DNA of 39,712 bases from IMG/VR virus record IMGVR_UViG_2778261706_000022; one strand, given 5' to 3'. The first letter of the stretch is position 1, and every line of letters starts with the position of its first letter. The translations under genes were made by a program, and so were the position numbers. Below, one piece after another: positions 36,621 to 39,712 of this stretch. The stretch comes from a virus (taxonomy: Duplodnaviria > Heunggongvirae > Uroviricota > Caudoviricetes). The notes beneath the pieces were generated by a model. It searched no databases. It saw only the letters and a list, made by a program, of their open reading frames with translations, and was not told the DNA's origin.

Positions 36621-38710
36621 CAGGCCAGCGGGTCATTTTCTTTTAATTTCGCTTCCAGCAACTGCAATCCCCGCTGGAAATTACGCTCGTATTCTTCATC
36701 AGGTTCATCGTCAGCGACCGGTTGCTGAACGGTCACCGTATTACCCACAGGGCGGTATATGTTTTCCAGCCAGGGCTCCTGCGGCTTGTGCTCCAGCACG
36801 TTGACAACCTCATCCTCGGCATCACGGATTTTTTCCTCTGCGCGTTTACGCATGCCTTTAAGGCGTTGCTGCTGTTTGTAGTATTCCGCGCTGACCGGGA
36901 AGGCTTCGCGTTTATTGCCGTCCCATACCGCCTCGCAAATCACGCTGCCATCCAGGCGACGTACGGTAATTCGTTCGGCATCATGAATGTCATAGCTGAT
37001 AAGCACCTTACGGCCATGCTCGTCACGCAGCTCGGGCGCGTAGTAAATATTATTCAGCCAGCGTATTTCACAGCGTCTTACAGGGCGTTCCACCATCGGC
37101 CGGAACATATCCCGCAGCTCAACATCGGACAGCCATTCAATTTCCGTGTCCTCTTCCGCCAGGCGTTTTTTTCTGAACTCCGCCGGGCTGTAATGCTTGC
37201 CGTTCGGCTTCACCGGTAATTCATCGTGCGGCCGGTTGTTGTACCACTCAACACCGTCACGAATGGCATCAATCAGTTCAGACCAGGACGGTAAATCACG
37301 CATCGCTGACTGCTGCCGGGCGTTCAGCCGTTTGCCCTGTTGCAGGGCAGTAAATGCCGAGCGTAAATCGCGGTTGGTTTTGCGTAACGTCTCGCGATCT
37401 GCACCTTTCCCGAAATAGGTGCGGTATTTACGGGCTATGCGCATCGGTAATGTGCGGTTAAGCCGTTCGATAATGCCTCGTCCCTGCGGATTACCGGCAA
37501 TCCCGGTCGGGTGATTAATCCCCAGTCGCGGCAGTATCCCCACAACCTCCTTATCCAGGATGTCGGCGGTTTCCCCGGAGCCGTTATCCGAGTAATACAG
37601 AAACGGTTTGCCGTGATGGCGAATGCCGTGCTGTATGGCACCGGCTACGGCGAAAACATTTTCAGCCAGGTCAAGGCTCCAGCCCACCACAAAGCGCGTG
37701 CCACCGTCGATAACAAAGGTCACTTCCGGTGCAAATGGCCGACCGTGAACCGGGTGTGCGCATTTCAGCTTCATGCCGTGACCGTCACCAATCCAGACAT
37801 AATTCACCGGCATTCTGGACCAGTCGCGGCGCGTGAATCCCTCAAGCTGGCGGTATTCACTGCCGGTCACCCGGCCTTTTTGTTTCACCACTTCCGGCAG
37901 TTTCTTCATTGCGCGGCGAATGGTGTCATAAGACGGCATGATATCGAGCATATAAGGCTCATTAGCGTGCCGGTGCTGCCATTCAGCGACAAAATCCTCG
38001 TAAGCCTCGGTCATTGGTCGGCCGTTTGACTGGCGATACTGCGCCAGAAATTCGGGCAGCCAGTTAATATCTTCGGCTTTTATTTCCTGGCGCTTACCCG
38101 GTGCCAGTAAAAGCAGGCGTTCAGCGGCGTTCTGCGCCTTGTTAAAGGCCGCAATCCAGCGTTTCAGCGTGATTTCACTTAACGCGCGGCTGTTTCCCTT
38201 TTTGGCGTTCGCCGTCTCAACCATTGCCACAATGCGCTCGTCCAGCTGCGAACGTGCCAGGTTGTCAACGATAAACCGGATAGCCTTCGCACAGCTGAAA
38301 CCAGGTTGTTGCGCGACTTTCAGAACTTCGCTGACGATCGCGATTCGTGCATCAGCCACCTGGCGCTGGTTTTCAGTCAGGGCATTAAGGCGTTCGACCA
38401 TCAGTTGTGGTGATCCGCGATATGCCTCCACCGCATCAACCACGGCAGGCGAGCGTCTGGCCTTTGTCACCACTGGAGCCGGTGATTCATCGACTTTTTG
38501 AGTCATCAGTTGCAGGGCGTAGCGTTCACGTAATGCCTGCTGCGTCACTTCAGGTAAACAGTCGATGCTGTATTCAGTTGCTTTAGAGCCTGAGCGACGA
38601 CGGGAACAACAGCTTTTCCCTTGTACGTAACGTTGTAATGCCTGGCGAATACCTTTTGTTGTAGCAGGCATTCCGGGCGCGCCAATCAGTTCTTTTGCAA
38701 TGACATACAT
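36620..38710 (-). CDS. A: DDE transposase (MuA-like)
   Basis: 696-aa ORF between ner and B. Central region (WIGDGHGMKLK..., GIPE-like context) resembles the MuA catalytic core. Confidence 0.85.
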   Translation of the reverse strand: MYVIAKELIGAPGMPATTKGIRQALQRYVQGKSCCSRRRSGSKATEYSIDCLPEVTQQALRERYALQLMTQKVDESPAPVVTKARRSPAVVDAVEAYRGSPQLMVERLNALTENQRQVADARIAIVSEVLKVAQQPGFSCAKAIRFIVDNLARSQLDERIVAMVETANAKKGNSRALSEITLKRWIAAFNKAQNAAERLLLLAPGKRQEIKAEDINWLPEFLAQYRQSNGRPMTEAYEDFVAEWQHRHANEPYMLDIMPSYDTIRRAMKKLPEVVKQKGRVTGSEYRQLEGFTRRDWSRMPVNYVWIGDGHGMKLKCAHPVHGRPFAPEVTFVIDGGTRFVVGWSLDLAENVFAVAGAIQHGIRHHGKPFLYYSDNGSGETADILDKEVVGILPRLGINHPTGIAGNPQGRGIIERLNRTLPMRIARKYRTYFGKGADRETLRKTNRDLRSAFTALQQGKRLNARQQSAMRDLPSWSELIDAIRDGVEWYNNRPHDELPVKPNGKHYSPAEFRKKRLAEEDTEIEWLSDVELRDMFRPMVERPVRRCEIRWLNNIYYAPELRDEHGRKVLISYDIHDAERITVRRLDGSVICEAVWDGNKREAFPVSAEYYKQQQRLKGMRKRAEEKIRDAEDEVVNVLEHKPQEPWLENIYRPVGNTVTVQQPVADDEPDEEYERNFQRGLQLLEAKLKENDPLA

Positions 38711-38711
38711 A

Positions 38712-38960
38712 TCATGACGCCTTTCTCATATAGCTCTTAACCTGGTATCGACTGGGCCAGATTTCTTCAGGCGATACCCCAAGAGCATCAGCAATTATTT
38801 GCTGATACGGTCGGCAAGGAGTACGTAATACGCTTTTCAGCGAATCCCTGCTGTAACCAGCCTTTAAAGATAAAGAGCGCAGTGATAAGCCAGCCATGTG
38901 TAAGCGCGCCTTGATGATTTCAGGCGGCCAATCGTGATCTGAAACTTCTCTTCTACTCAT
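38712..38960 (-). CDS. ner: Ner-like DNA-binding regulator
   Basis: 82-aa protein with HMAGLSLRSLSLKAGYS...QQIIADALGVSPEEIWPSRY, matching the Ner/Nlp family. Confidence 0.8.
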   Translation of the reverse strand: MSRREVSDHDWPPEIIKARLHMAGLSLRSLSLKAGYSRDSLKSVLRTPCRPYQQIIADALGVSPEEIWPSRYQVKSYMRKAS

Positions 38961-39127
38961 ACTTCCTCTATTCTAAAAAGTTACCCGCGCGGATATTCGT
39001 GCGGATATCTGTACGGGTAAATAATAGAACAAACAAAAGAACCAAATCAAGGTATTTTGTTCTTTTTATTCTTTGCGGTGTTTTTGTTATTAATATCAAT
39101 AAGATAAATACAAAGGAACCTGAGAGC
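38961..39127. promoter_or_regulatory. Divergent c / ner control region (candidate operators and transposition enhancer)
   Basis: 167-bp AT-rich gap between divergent repressor and ner genes. Contains the 40-bp palindrome TTACCCG-CGCGGATATTCGTGCGGATAT-CTGTA-CGGGTAA at 38981-39020 with an internal GCGGATAT direct repeat. Confidence 0.5.
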
Positions 39128-39712
39128 ATGAACATGAAAAACAGTTCTTTTCTCGACGAAGGAAAAGAACCAGTGATCGAACGGATTTTTCGTCTTGCAG
39201 AGCGTTACAAATCGAGAAGTGAGGCGGCTAGAGCATGGGGAATAAACGTTCAGACATTGCAGAACTACTACAAAAGGAGAAACAATCAGCCGCCACCACA
39301 ACCAAGAAAGCACCATCTCCAGAACATTGCAGAAAGAGAACATGTATCTATGGAGTGGCTAGTCAATGGTTATGGTGATGAGCCAAGCATGAAAAAAGAA
39401 CCAATTGAACAAACAAAAAGAACAAAAAAACAAAGAATTGATGATAGTGATTCCATCATCATGAGGGCGTGGGACTCGCTAACTTCATCTGAACAAGAGA
39501 TTTTGTCCAACTTATTGATCAGAAAAGGGGCCGAACTACTAACCGTTTTGCTTGATACAGATATTCAAAAACTGCACTCATTGAGCGGAGTCAAAAGAGC
39601 ACTAGCATTGAGTCTACAAGAGTTACCCGATGATACTGTAAGAGAGATTTATGAAGAATGTGAAGCTAAGGTTAATCATTTAAATGTAACCCAGAAAAAG
39701 GCTGGTGCGTAA
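39128..39712 (+). CDS. Repressor c-like protein
   Basis: Divergent from ner. ATG at 39128 is preceded by AAAGGAA. 194-aa protein with an N-terminal HTH-like segment (SRSEAARAWGINVQTLQNY). Low GC. Confidence 0.6.
   Translation: MNMKNSSFLDEGKEPVIERIFRLAERYKSRSEAARAWGINVQTLQNYYKRRNNQPPPQPRKHHLQNIAEREHVSMEWLVNGYGDEPSMKKEPIEQTKRTKKQRIDDSDSIIMRAWDSLTSSEQEILSNLLIRKGAELLTVLLDTDIQKLHSLSGVKRALALSLQELPDDTVREIYEECEAKVNHLNVTQKKAGA

Larger units (their letters stand above)
700..39712 (-). mobile_element. Mu-like transposable prophage (right end ~700; left end beyond window)
   Basis: Gene order c / ner / transposase A / B ... gam ... gemA / mor / lys ... terminase / portal / head / sheath / tube / tape measure / baseplate / tail fibre / invertible segment / gin / com / mom, all collinear with phage Mu in inverted orientation. 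Terminal direct repeats at 698-764. Confidence 0.85.

Noticed and set aside
36722-38501. Plus-strand ORFs (165, 172, 120 aa) opposite the transposase gene
   Set aside because: Antisense shadows inside the 696-aa DDE transposase ORF.

Overview
Almost the whole window (~700 to 39712) is a Mu-like transposable prophage lying in reverse orientation, so nearly every gene is on the minus strand. It is inserted into a host MFS-transporter gene, whose 5' part occupies 73..702. Reading right to left in phage order: c repressor (+), ner, DDE transposase A, AAA+ protein B, a variable early region including Gam, GemA and a Mor/C-family activator, a lysis cassette (SAR endolysin, spanins, releasin-like), terminase, portal, head genes, sheath/tube, tape measure, baseplate, tail fibre, a Gin-type invertible segment, gin, and com-mom at the right end. 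The left end (attL) lies beyond the window. All protein calls rest on reading the supplied translations for motifs and on gene order against phage Mu; no database search was possible. The parts not explained by the canonical Mu layout are: (i) a ~3.2 kb cargo block between gin and com carrying a 679-aa SASA/SGNH-type carbohydrate esterase with a lectin-like C-terminus (resembling prophage NanS-p sialate O-acetylesterases) plus small ORFs; (ii) an unusually short (~1.38 kb) invertible segment with a single tail-fibre assembly gene and long homologous arms; (iii) an expanded early region of nine uncharacterised ORFs between gam and gemA; (iv) a (GCTTCG)n repeat encoding an (Glu-Ala)12 tract in a head-module gene. 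If the window holds an undescribed system, the gin-com cargo block and the gam-gemA early block are the two places I would look; neither can be assigned a function from sequence alone. No tRNA, rRNA or CRISPR array was seen.
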